The notes beneath the pieces are model-generated. The model made no database searches and had not been told where the DNA came from. It saw only the letters and a list, made by a program, of their open reading frames with translations. Position numbers and translations under genes: made by a program. Below, one piece after another: positions 30,042 through 38,979 of a stretch of DNA of 64,000 nucleotides. How positions within the stretch are numbered: position 1 is the first letter of the stretch; every line of letters starts with the position of its first letter. Source of the DNA: Candidatus Nanopelagicales bacterium (GTDB taxonomy: Bacteria; Actinomycetota; Actinomycetes; S36-B12); NCBI GenBank assembly GCA_028687755.1, contig JAQTZL010000001.1:457404-521403 (forward strand). The letters are read 5' to 3'.

Positions 30042-31376
30042 ATGTCCTTTATCGAAACGGTGACACGAAGAAATATCCACAGCATCCAGTTCGAAGATCA
30101 AGAATTTCTGGTCGCAACGTTCAAGAGCGGCGCCAAAGGCAAACTCCGAGGCACTTGGCAAGAACTCGCACCTGTTGCTGTGCAGCCGGCAGATAATTCC
30201 GAAATCGTGCCGTGCCCAAGTCGCGACTACATGAGCAGTCGCGGTGATTCAGTCACCCTGATTGGTACACAAACGGAATTCGATTCACTTGGCATCACAC
30301 TTCCCCATAATCGCGAAATAGAAGTTGGCCCACGTTGGCGACGTGGCTTCCGTGAAAGCCTTCAGGCACTAACAGACACAGTTGATCGGCCATTTCGCAT
30401 CGCACTCGGTGTTCTCATTGGACTTGGCGTGCTTTCCATTGCCATCTTGGCCGGTAGCTATGAGTATGAAGACGGCAGTCGCATGAACGTCTTCGACGCT
30501 TTGTACTTCACCTCAGAAACCATTGCCACTGTTGGCTTCGGCGATTTCTACTTTCGGGATCAAGATATTTGGTTGAGATTGTGGTCGGTCATCCTGATTC
30601 TTATGGGTGCAACGTTGGTGGCAATATGCACGGCGTTACTTACGGAAACGCTCATCACCAGACGACTTGCAAAATCACTTGGCCAGCAACGACTCACAAA
30701 GATGCGTGGCCACATGGTCGTTGTTGGCCTGGGTTCAGTCGGCATCAAAGTAGTTACCGATCTTCAGGCCGCTGGCTACGAAGTTGCGGTGATTGATCGA
30801 ACCGAAAACAACAAATACATTCCACAAGCCAGAAATGCAGGCATCCCAATTGTCATTGGTGATGCCACTCTTCCAGAAACTTTGCTCGCAGCTGGAGTGG
30901 ATCGAGCATCGGGCATCGCCGTACTCACCAGCGACGACCTCATTAACATCGAAGCGGGCCTTGCCGTTCGCGATGCCACGTCACCTCGTGCCGTTCCAAT
31001 TGCGCTTCGCCTTTTCGAGCGTGATCTTGCTCGCGTGGTGGGGAGATCATTGAATGCTGGAATTGCCCGATCAACAGCTGAGCTTGCTGCTCCTTGGTTT
31101 GTTGGAGCTGCGCTTGGCGTTGATGTTCTCGGAACGTTCTATGTTGGCAACACCTTGTTCTTGGCTGCCAAATTGCACGTTCAGCCAAACAGTGGTCTTG
31201 ACGGATTAGCGATGCAAAGTTTGGCTTCACAAACCCGCGTCGTTGCGATTGCTCGTGCGGCGAATGAGAGAAAAGTCGAACATCCCCCACTCCTGAATCG
31301 ACCATTCGAAGCTGGCGATGACGTATTTCTTATTGGTCAACCGCGCGAACTCTTAAACTTGCTACAACGCCAATAG
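30042..31376 (+). CDS. Potassium channel protein with C-terminal TrkA-N/RCK domain
   Basis: Selectivity filter TVGFGD between two TM helices. The RCK Rossmann motif is VVVGLGSVG. Confidence 0.85.
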   Translation: MSFIETVTRRNIHSIQFEDQEFLVATFKSGAKGKLRGTWQELAPVAVQPADNSEIVPCPSRDYMSSRGDSVTLIGTQTEFDSLGITLPHNREIEVGPRWRRGFRESLQALTDTVDRPFRIALGVLIGLGVLSIAILAGSYEYEDGSRMNVFDALYFTSETIATVGFGDFYFRDQDIWLRLWSVILILMGATLVAICTALLTETLITRRLAKSLGQQRLTKMRGHMVVVGLGSVGIKVVTDLQAAGYEVAVIDRTENNKYIPQARNAGIPIVIGDATLPETLLAAGVDRASGIAVLTSDDLINIEAGLAVRDATSPRAVPIALRLFERDLARVVGRSLNAGIARSTAELAAPWFVGAALGVDVLGTFYVGNTLFLAAKLHVQPNSGLDGLAMQSLASQTRVVAIARAANERKVEHPPLLNRPFEAGDDVFLIGQPRELLNLLQRQ

Positions 31377-31384
31377 CTTGACCG

Positions 31385-31927
31385 CTATTCGTTGACGACA
31401 TTGGAAATGAGACGCGAAAATTCTGGCTCGTTCACAGAACCAACAATGCGCACCGCGACATTGCCTTCACGATCAATGATGAGTGTGCTCGGCAAGGCGC
31501 CTGGTGGCACTCCAGGCTCACTTCGGAGAATCGCTCCCTTGGAGTCGACAATGTTTGGGTATGGCACTTTGTAGAGATCTACAAATTCTTTCGCTGACGA
31601 ATCTTGGTCAGAAACATCGAGACCTACAAATGCCACGCCCTTCGTATCAAACTTCTGTGCCGCCGCAACCAAGACTGGGGCTTCGTCATTGCACGGTAAG
31701 CACCATGACGCCCAGTTATTGAGCACCAGGACCTTGCCACGAAATGAATCCAAGGAAAGCTGCTGTCCATCAAGGGTGGTACCACTGATGTTTGGCATGG
31801 TCACCCGATCAAATGTCGAAAATTGCGTTGTTCCCGCATTCTCAGAAATGCGAGAAGCTACTGGTTCGCGGCCACACCCCACCAGGACGATCGCAGTAAG
31901 TGCAACTCCAAGTACTTTGAACCTCAC
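31385..31927 (-). CDS. TlpA/ResA-family thiol-disulfide oxidoreductase lipoprotein
   Basis: Lipobox LVGC. Thioredoxin-fold motif NNWASWCLPCNDE. Confidence 0.85.
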   Translation of the reverse strand: MRFKVLGVALTAIVLVGCGREPVASRISENAGTTQFSTFDRVTMPNISGTTLDGQQLSLDSFRGKVLVLNNWASWCLPCNDEAPVLVAAAQKFDTKGVAFVGLDVSDQDSSAKEFVDLYKVPYPNIVDSKGAILRSEPGVPPGALPSTLIIDREGNVAVRIVGSVNEPEFSRLISNVVNE

Positions 31928-32784
31928 GGCGCCATTATTTCCGCTGCGAGCTCTTCGGCGATTTCTCGATCAATTCGACGGCCGGCACGTTCTTCACTCG
32001 TGAACCACTCAGCTGCGGCCAACATCATCCAGCCAGAATCCACCACCATGACCAGTGCCCACATGAGTGCGCCTGAGAAATGCTGATCATCAAGGGCCGC
32101 AGGGCCGAAAGGGCGTTCAGTGTCAAAGAACGGATACAGCATCACTGGGGCGAAATAAATGATGGCGCCGGTAATGGCTTCCGGAATCATCATCAGTGCA
32201 AGGGATGCCAAGCGGAACGAGTGCGATGGTCGGCGAGGCTGCAAGTTACTGCCGATGAGTGGGAAATAGAACAGGAATGCCGCGATGAAATACAGCGGCT
32301 GCTCAATGAAGTAGTCAACGTCATGGTTGAGCAGGGCCCAGTTATAAAACCCTGTGAAGTGCATGCCAAGGAGCACCGCAGCGAAAAGGAACCACGTGAA
32401 ATAGGGATTGATGAGCCAACTCACTGCCCGGCTGCGCAGAATGGGGAGCACCCAGCGGCGCCGCGAATGCGGGCTACTGGCTTGAAACCACAAGGTGGTG
32501 GGGGCTCCCAGCACCAAAAGCGGTGCCACCGCCATCATCACAACCAAGTGTTGGGTCATGTGTGCCCAAAAAAACGTGTGCGACCAGGCTGCAATCGGCC
32601 CCAGATAGGTCAGCGCAAGCAGCGCCAAACCAGTCAAAAAAGCGAAGGTTTTCCATCGACTCCACTGGCCAGTGAGTCGGGCTCGCTTGACGGCCCACAG
32701 GTACCAATAACCCATCAAAACCAAGTTGACCAGCAGAAATAGGTCAAAAGTGCCGGTTTGAAAAAAGGTGAGGAAAGTGTTCAC
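31924..32784 (-). CDS. ctaG: Cytochrome c oxidase assembly factor, Caa3_CtaG family
   Basis: 286-aa polytopic protein with WAHMTQHLVVMMAVAPLLVLGAP and FSGALMW. 4-nt overlap with the tlpA start. Confidence 0.75.
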   Translation of the reverse strand: MNTFLTFFQTGTFDLFLLVNLVLMGYWYLWAVKRARLTGQWSRWKTFAFLTGLALLALTYLGPIAAWSHTFFWAHMTQHLVVMMAVAPLLVLGAPTTLWFQASSPHSRRRWVLPILRSRAVSWLINPYFTWFLFAAVLLGMHFTGFYNWALLNHDVDYFIEQPLYFIAAFLFYFPLIGSNLQPRRPSHSFRLASLALMMIPEAITGAIIYFAPVMLYPFFDTERPFGPAALDDQHFSGALMWALVMVVDSGWMMLAAAEWFTSEERAGRRIDREIAEELAAEIMAP

Positions 32785-32853
32785 TCAATTGACCCTTTCC
32801 CAGCCCGTGGAAATTGTTCACTAGTACTGCGAGGTAACGATAGTGTTCGCCGA

Positions 32854-32876
32854 TCTTCACCTAGATCTGGTGAAGA
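32854..32876. promoter_or_regulatory. Inverted repeat in the ctaG / oxidase-operon divergent control region
   Basis: tcttcacc-N7-ggtgaaga, with the spacer containing AGATCT. It lies 7-25 nt upstream of the candidate starts 32883 and 32901. Confidence 0.25.
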
Positions 32877-32900
32877 AATCGAGTGGAATGGCGGGGTGGC

Positions 32901-33599
32901 GTGAAGAGATTTCTTTTCACCGTCCTCACGGTGGTCATCGGCGCAGGAATTGTGGCTGGCTCCGTGTGGTTTCTCATGGCGGATCAGGCGCAACCAGCCA
33001 CGATCCAGGCAAAGTTGGACGGATCAAGTGTGACCGTGGATGGCAAATCACTGCCACACGCGACCTTGGATCTATCAATTTATCCAAATGCCACAGCGGA
33101 CAATCCCGGCCCAACCGGCGGTGTCTACGACTTTGTCGACAAGCTGGGCTGGCCCTTCTACTCCCCTTCAACCTCACTAGAGCTGCCGGCAAACTCCGTC
33201 ATCACCGTCACGGTGAAGCAGTACGACAGTTCAACGACGGTGTGGAACCCATACTTTGCCCAGGCCCATGGCACCGTCGATGGCACCATGAAGGTCAACG
33301 GTCAAACAAAGACGGAAATTAACCCGAACGATGTAGCGCATACCTTCACCATTCACCAGTACCCACAGTCTGATCAGCCGTACTTCTTCGTGAGCGTTCC
33401 CATGCTTGCTGTCGGGAATAACGCAAAGAACCTGGCTAACGGCTACCCAGCACCAGAAACCATTGAATTCTCATTCAAGACCGGGGCCCCTGGCTCCTAC
33501 GTCTGGAACTGCGAAGACCCTTGCGGTAACGGCTACGCCGACTTCGGTGGCGTAATGAGCGAACGAGGCATGATGAGCGGAACGGTCACGGTGGTCTGA
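32901..33599 (+). CDS. Membrane-anchored cupredoxin-like protein, CoxII-domain paralogue with degenerate CuA motif
   Basis: GTG 32901 gives MKRFLFTVLTVVIGAGIVAG. The track start is 32883. The C-terminus HTFTIH...YVWNCEDPCGNGYADFGGVM compares with the CoxII motif H..C-x3-C-G-x-H-H-x2-M. Confidence 0.6.
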   Translation: MKRFLFTVLTVVIGAGIVAGSVWFLMADQAQPATIQAKLDGSSVTVDGKSLPHATLDLSIYPNATADNPGPTGGVYDFVDKLGWPFYSPSTSLELPANSVITVTVKQYDSSTTVWNPYFAQAHGTVDGTMKVNGQTKTEINPNDVAHTFTIHQYPQSDQPYFFVSVPMLAVGNNAKNLANGYPAPETIEFSFKTGAPGSYVWNCEDPCGNGYADFGGVMSERGMMSGTVTVV

Positions 33600-33600
33600 G

Positions 33601-34455
33601 ATGTCTATTGAAACCCCAGTCGATCAGCCAGAATCACCGACGAATCGCCCTGATTCCACGCACCGGATGAAGGAATGGTTCTCGCGCGATTACGTTCGCA
33701 AAATCATTGCGATCTTCATCGTGCTCACGATCATCATCATTCCGATCGCATGGTTGGTCATCCACTTCCTGGAACTATCAGGCGGCCCGGCTTCCTCAAT
33801 CATGGAAGAACTCGAGACCACGATCTTTGTGTTCACTCTTGTTTCCGCGCCGTTGATGGCAATCACCGCTGCTGTCTTGGTCTACAGCCTCTTTGGCTGG
33901 GGATCAATCAAGAGTGAAGAACCACCAATGCAGGAAAACCCAGCGATTCGCACCAATGCGGTTGCGGTCATCGGTTGGACTGTGGCAACAAGCTTGCTGG
34001 CTGCTTTCCTAGTGATTTGGGGCTTGGTTGAACTCGCCACAATTACTGCTGACTCGTATGGATCAACACCATCAAGTCAACAACCAAACGCCACTAAGCC
34101 AATCGACGTGAACGTGACAGGCCAGCAATGGGTATGGACATTCGAGTACCCAGATCAGCAAAAGATCCAAAGCAATGTACTCGTCGTTCCAATTAACACG
34201 CCGATCTACTTCAACGTCACATCTAAAGACGTAATCCACAGTTTCTGGGTTGTGGAAATGGGAGTCAAGATTGACGCAAACCCAGGCGCAGTGACCAACA
34301 CAGGATTCACCGCCAACAAGCTCGGCACATTCAATATTCGTTGTGCCGAACTCTGCGGTCTCCATCACGCGTATATGGAAACCAATGTCCAGGTAGTTAC
34401 TCAGGATCAGTTTGACTCGTGGGTCCGCGAGCAGGGTGGAAAGAGAACCGTATGA
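33601..34455 (+). CDS. ctaC: Heme-copper oxidase subunit II (CuA, no cytochrome c domain)
   Basis: VIHSFWV ... CAELCGLHHAYM gives complete CuA ligands. Three N-terminal hydrophobic helices. Confidence 0.9.
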   Translation: MSIETPVDQPESPTNRPDSTHRMKEWFSRDYVRKIIAIFIVLTIIIIPIAWLVIHFLELSGGPASSIMEELETTIFVFTLVSAPLMAITAAVLVYSLFGWGSIKSEEPPMQENPAIRTNAVAVIGWTVATSLLAAFLVIWGLVELATITADSYGSTPSSQQPNATKPIDVNVTGQQWVWTFEYPDQQKIQSNVLVVPINTPIYFNVTSKDVIHSFWVVEMGVKIDANPGAVTNTGFTANKLGTFNIRCAELCGLHHAYMETNVQVVTQDQFDSWVREQGGKRTV

Positions 34456-36404
34456 GCCAGACTGCAGTAATTCACGAGCAACAGGCTGTTCCTCAGCCTA
34501 AGCAGCACGGAAAGCCTGGCGGCTTCCTTGCTCAGGCCAATATCTTCACCGGCCTCATCGGTGGCGTTGTCACCGCTGGCGTCACGTACTTCATTGGCGA
34601 CAAGTTGGTGCCTTGGGGTACCCAAAATGCTGACTTCTCTCAAGTAGGCCTGAACGCACTGGTGTTTTGCACCTTCGTGGCCTGGGTCATCGGCTTTATG
34701 GTCGGCATTGGAGCCTTCGCTGGTCCGATTCGTTGGGCACTTGGTCACGACCTCACCCATGACGATGCTGAATACATGGCCGGCAAGGGCCAAGGACGCA
34801 TGAAGTACTGGAAATACACCACTGACCACAAGGTCGTGGGTATTCAGTACCTCGTCATGGCCTTGGTGCTCTTTGGCTTTGGTGGCTTTTTCGCAATGTT
34901 GATCCGCACCGAGCTTGGTGTGACGTGGCGTGAAGTGTTCGACCCGAACTTCTACAACTCACTCATCGGTACACACGGCATCGTGATGATCATCGCAATG
35001 ATCATCGTGGTGGCTGGCCCATTGGGTAACTTCATCATGCCGCTGATGATCGGTGCTCGCGATATGGCGTTCCCACGCCTGAACGCATTGAGTTTCTGGC
35101 TGTTGTTCGCTGCAGTGCCTCCCCTGGTTCTCAACTTGGTATTGGGCGGCATGCGCGACGGCTGGACGGCTTATCAGCCGCTTGGTACTCAGGCCCCTAT
35201 CGGAATGATCGGCTACCAGGTCTGCATCATTACCTTCGCATTCTCGACAGGTATTGCAGGTGTCAACCTCATCACCACGATCGTGACCATGCGTGCACGT
35301 GGCATGACTTGGGCACGCACCCCGATCTTCATCATCGGCACCCTCGCTGCAGCGATCATGGGCTTGATCTGGTTCCCAATGTTCCAGTACGCACAGCTGC
35401 TCGCAGCAAGCGACAAGGTCATTGGTACCTCGTTCTACATTCCGCAAAACGGTGGCAGCGTGTGGCTGTACGAAAACCTCTTCTGGTTGCTTGGGCACCC
35501 TGAGGTGTATGTGATCGTGGTCCCAGCTACCGCCGGTATTTTGGAATTGATGGTGGTCTTCTTACGTAAGCCACTGTTTTCTTACAAGATGGCCGTTGCC
35601 GGCTTTGCTGGTGTGGTGGGCATTAGTGCGGTCGTGTGGGTGCACCACATGTACATGACGGGCTTTGCTCCACAAGCTGGCTACCCATTTATGTTGTCCA
35701 CTGAACTGATCTCGATTCCATTCGGATTCTTGGTTCTCGTCATGCTCGGCACTATGTGGCGAGGTAAGGCATGGAACAGGCTTCCAATGATGATCGTCTA
35801 CGCAGTGATTTTCGACAAGATCATTGGTGGCATCACCGGTGTGTACCTATCCGACGTTCCAGTGGATCAATACATGCACGGCAGCATGTTCGTGGTTGCT
35901 CACTTCCACTACATGTTGATGGGTGCTGGCCTCTTTGGAGCAATGGCGGTCATCGTCTATTGGTTCCCAAAGATGACAGGTCGCATGTTCGACGAGCGCA
36001 TCGGCAAGATCGGCTTCTGGACTGCGTTCTTGGCCTTCCAGGTCACCTTCCTTTCGATGTTCGTTGCTGGCCTGCAAGGCATGCCACGCCGTGTGCTCCA
36101 GTTCGACAACGCCTTCGAGATCTCCAACTGGATCTCCACGATCGGCGCCTACTTCATCGGTATTGGCATGCTGATCTTCCTTTACGCAGTGATTACTTCA
36201 TGGCGTAACGGCAAGGTTGCACCGTCCAATCCATGGGGTTCCAAGACTCTTGAATGGCAGACGCAAACTCCAGTGCCATTGGAGAACTTCCCTGTCCTTC
36301 CAGTAGTGACCAGCGACCCATATGGCTACGGCGTCCCTGACCCCTACCTCAAAGTCGAAGAACAGCTTGATAAAGACGACAACGAAACGGTGGGAGCCCG
36401 ATGA
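34452..36404 (+). CDS. ctaD: Heme-copper oxidase subunit I (A-type) with about 95-aa N-terminal two-helix extension
   Basis: TTDHKVVGIQY, GARDMAFPRLN, LLGHPEVYVIVVP, VWVHHMYMTG and VVAHFHYMLMG. ATGA overlap with the subunit II stop. Confidence 0.92.
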   Translation: MSQTAVIHEQQAVPQPKQHGKPGGFLAQANIFTGLIGGVVTAGVTYFIGDKLVPWGTQNADFSQVGLNALVFCTFVAWVIGFMVGIGAFAGPIRWALGHDLTHDDAEYMAGKGQGRMKYWKYTTDHKVVGIQYLVMALVLFGFGGFFAMLIRTELGVTWREVFDPNFYNSLIGTHGIVMIIAMIIVVAGPLGNFIMPLMIGARDMAFPRLNALSFWLLFAAVPPLVLNLVLGGMRDGWTAYQPLGTQAPIGMIGYQVCIITFAFSTGIAGVNLITTIVTMRARGMTWARTPIFIIGTLAAAIMGLIWFPMFQYAQLLAASDKVIGTSFYIPQNGGSVWLYENLFWLLGHPEVYVIVVPATAGILELMVVFLRKPLFSYKMAVAGFAGVVGISAVVWVHHMYMTGFAPQAGYPFMLSTELISIPFGFLVLVMLGTMWRGKAWNRLPMMIVYAVIFDKIIGGITGVYLSDVPVDQYMHGSMFVVAHFHYMLMGAGLFGAMAVIVYWFPKMTGRMFDERIGKIGFWTAFLAFQVTFLSMFVAGLQGMPRRVLQFDNAFEISNWISTIGAYFIGIGMLIFLYAVITSWRNGKVAPSNPWGSKTLEWQTQTPVPLENFPVLPVVTSDPYGYGVPDPYLKVEEQLDKDDNETVGAR

Positions 36405-37054
36405 GCGCGCAAACATCTCCAGCGCTGTACCCAACTACTGGCGAGCCAATTGAAGTCAATGCTCGCCGTAACCGACTAGGTGTTTGGCTGTGCGTTGTTT
36501 CTGACGCCACCGGTGTAGTCGCACTGTTGATCGCCTACATGTACCTGTGGTCGTTAAATGTCAACAACGCATGGGCACCTAAGGGTAAAAACCACTGGGC
36601 TCTTGACTGGCCATTCTGGGCAATCGTTGCTGGCACGGTCCTTGGCACCATCTGTATGTGGTGGGGCGTTAAGGGCATCGCTAAGGGCCATACCGGTCGT
36701 TTGATGGCAGGAGCATTGCTCTCGTCTCTCATCATCTTGATTGCCTTTATTGGTCAAATCATTCAGCTCTCGACCTTCCCATTTGGGCCAGGCGATGGTG
36801 CTTACGCATCAGCAACCTTCTGGCTAGCGATCGGTACCGCAATTCACCTGTCGCTGCTCACCTTCTTAACCACGGCAATCGTGGGTCGCACCCGCGCAGG
36901 GCGCATCACACCAGGCAACCACTCACATGCTCGCTTTGTCGCCATGTGGATGACCTATGTCTGTGTTGCTGCTCTCCTCGGTGCCATCTTCACGACCGTG
37001 ATGAAGGAAAGCCCAAATCAAAACGCACCTACCTTCGGCACGTTCCAGAATTGA
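36401..37054 (+). CDS. ctaE: Heme-copper oxidase subunit III family protein (short, 5-TM form)
   Basis: 217-aa polytopic protein. ATGA overlap with the subunit I stop. Position and hydropathy fit subunit III. Confidence 0.75.
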   Translation: MSAQTSPALYPTTGEPIEVNARRNRLGVWLCVVSDATGVVALLIAYMYLWSLNVNNAWAPKGKNHWALDWPFWAIVAGTVLGTICMWWGVKGIAKGHTGRLMAGALLSSLIILIAFIGQIIQLSTFPFGPGDGAYASATFWLAIGTAIHLSLLTFLTTAIVGRTRAGRITPGNHSHARFVAMWMTYVCVAALLGAIFTTVMKESPNQNAPTFGTFQN

Positions 37055-38511
37055 ACTTCCGAATAGGGACCCGGCTATGGTTGGGAATCCTTGCACTGCT
37101 GGTCTTCTTTTGGGCGCTGAGCCTCTTTGCGGTCAAGCTGTATCCAGGTCTACCGACGCCCCCTGAGTTCACGCTTTGGGGGCTTCCGGTTTTGCGGTAC
37201 ACCCGAGATATCACCTCGATGGTGACCTTGGGTTGCATCGCCATCGGAGCGTTCCTCATCATTGGCCGCTCCCCTGCTGTACTGCGCTGGGCTACTGGCT
37301 GGGTAACCGTTTGGTTGGCTACGTTGATTGCACTCACGGTGTTCACCCTCAGCGACATCGAAGCGATCTCGCCGTTGGCTGCACTTAATCCCAATACCTG
37401 GTGGAGTTTCCTCAGCGGCACCTACATCGGCCGAGTCTTTGCCTTTCAGCTGGTGGCAGTCACTGCACTGTGGGTACTCCTGGCCATCGCCAATCGCCGC
37501 ACTGCAAGGGCGTTGGTGTGGTCAGCCCTGATCCTTGGACTCGCAGCGTGTGCCGCACCCGCATTGCTTGGTCACGGCGGGTTTTCCAGCGAGCACGTCG
37601 CAATGACGATCAGTCTGGGTATTCACATTGCAGCAGTCTCACTGTGGGTTGGTGGATTGGCCGTGACAGTGGCGGCACTCGCGACTGATCGATCATTGCT
37701 GGCAACCTTGATGCCCCGCTTCTCGATGATGGCCCTGTGGTGCGTGGTGGTTTTAGCCGAGACAGGACTATTGAACGCTTCTTTGCGGGTGGGTTCTGCC
37801 AGTTCTTTTGTTGGATCGATCTACGGGTCATTGATTCTGGTGAAGGCACTGCTCCTGGGCTGGCTCATTTGGTTTGGGTGGCAGCAACGCTCCAAGATCC
37901 TGCCTTCACTTACTCAACGGTCGGACGCTCGACTTGCAATTAGCGCGTATGCAGGAATTGAATTCCTTCTGATGGCTGTGGCGATCGCAGTATCTATCAC
38001 CTTGTCTCGCATTGGATTTGAGGCAGCTACAGCAACTGCTGGGCTCTTCACGCCAATTGCAATCCTCGTGCTCGCATTAGCCGCTCCCCTGCTCCTGGCG
38101 AAGACACACAACGGACCCAAACTCACGACAAAAACATCATTCAGCCGCAATTTCCCAGAGCTTGCTTCCGTCGTGCTCGTCGTTGCTGTCATTGAAGTGT
38201 GTGGAATTGGCATCACTACCTCGATATTTGGCATTCAATTCGGAGTGATTGTTGGTTCCATCCTTCTCTTTGCTGCAGGTTGGTTTTGGTCAGTGTCAAT
38301 CGATGGCCCTCGTCGTCAAACCGGAGTGATCATGGCCATGGTTGGGTTCCCGCTCGCTATCTTGGTGACAAATGCAATCGTGGATACCTCAACTGACTGG
38401 CGCATTATTGCCGTGACTATTGCAGCTACCGAGGTGCTACTCGTTGCGCAACTGCGTGCTCGAAGTACCGCTCAACAAGATCGCGATGCATTGGAGCCCA
38501 CATATGTCTGA
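37051..38511 (+). CDS. CopD-family copper permease / oxidase-assembly membrane protein
   Basis: TTG 37051 overlaps the subunit III stop (TTGA). About 486 aa, 10 or more TM, with HGG and HxxA segments (LLGHGGFSSEHVAMTISLGIHIAAVSLWVGGL) typical of CopD. Confidence 0.65.
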   Translation: MNFRIGTRLWLGILALLVFFWALSLFAVKLYPGLPTPPEFTLWGLPVLRYTRDITSMVTLGCIAIGAFLIIGRSPAVLRWATGWVTVWLATLIALTVFTLSDIEAISPLAALNPNTWWSFLSGTYIGRVFAFQLVAVTALWVLLAIANRRTARALVWSALILGLAACAAPALLGHGGFSSEHVAMTISLGIHIAAVSLWVGGLAVTVAALATDRSLLATLMPRFSMMALWCVVVLAETGLLNASLRVGSASSFVGSIYGSLILVKALLLGWLIWFGWQQRSKILPSLTQRSDARLAISAYAGIEFLLMAVAIAVSITLSRIGFEAATATAGLFTPIAILVLALAAPLLLAKTHNGPKLTTKTSFSRNFPELASVVLVVAVIEVCGIGITTSIFGIQFGVIVGSILLFAAGWFWSVSIDGPRRQTGVIMAMVGFPLAILVTNAIVDTSTDWRIIAVTIAATEVLLVAQLRARSTAQQDRDALEPTYV

Positions 38512-38941
38512 CCAGACTTCGCTACCGGAATTGACTCCCGAACAGAAAAAGACTAAGCGCCGCAAAGATCTTTGGCAACTTGATATACCTCTCGTGCTTG
38601 GTCTGTTGCTCTGTGGTTTCTTGAGCGTGATCGAGTTTCGACGTGCGTTCGAAGGTGTCGGTCGAGCATGGGTCTACGCCTTCCAATGGCCCCTCATCGG
38701 CGCAGTGTGCTGCTGGATTTGGTACCGCTATCGCACTGAAGGAAACGTCACTCAAGGGTTTATCAGTAAATGGAAACAACGTGTCGCAGCACTTGAAGCT
38801 GAAGCCAAGTCGGCCGAACTACATAACGACGAAGTCAAAGCAGGTGTAACGCCTGATGATCCTGATCTACAAGAATGGCAGCACTACGTCGAAGACCTCC
38901 AGCGTCGCGAACCACCAGGTCACCCACCAACACAAAAGTAG
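38504..38941 (+). CDS. Small membrane protein with charged C-terminal tail, last gene of the oxidase operon
   Basis: ATG 38504 overlaps the upstream stop by 8 nt. Two TM helices, then an acidic/basic tail ending PPGHPPTQK. Confidence 0.55.
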   Translation: MSDQTSLPELTPEQKKTKRRKDLWQLDIPLVLGLLLCGFLSVIEFRRAFEGVGRAWVYAFQWPLIGAVCCWIWYRYRTEGNVTQGFISKWKQRVAALEAEAKSAELHNDEVKAGVTPDDPDLQEWQHYVEDLQRREPPGHPPTQK

Positions 38942-38979
38942 TTGCTGCCACTTATGACTCTAGGCGGGCTCGGAACTGC

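Noticed and set aside
36946-37050. Long N-terminal extensions offered by the ORF track: 36946 for the CopD-like gene, 34419 for subunit I, 38420, 16385, 13633, 43362, 44969, 54265, 55498, 56176 and 25623.
   Set aside because: The extensions overlap the preceding gene and are Cys/Arg-rich or otherwise implausible. Downstream starts give ATGA, TTGA or TAATG coupling, signal peptides, or homology-consistent N-termini.
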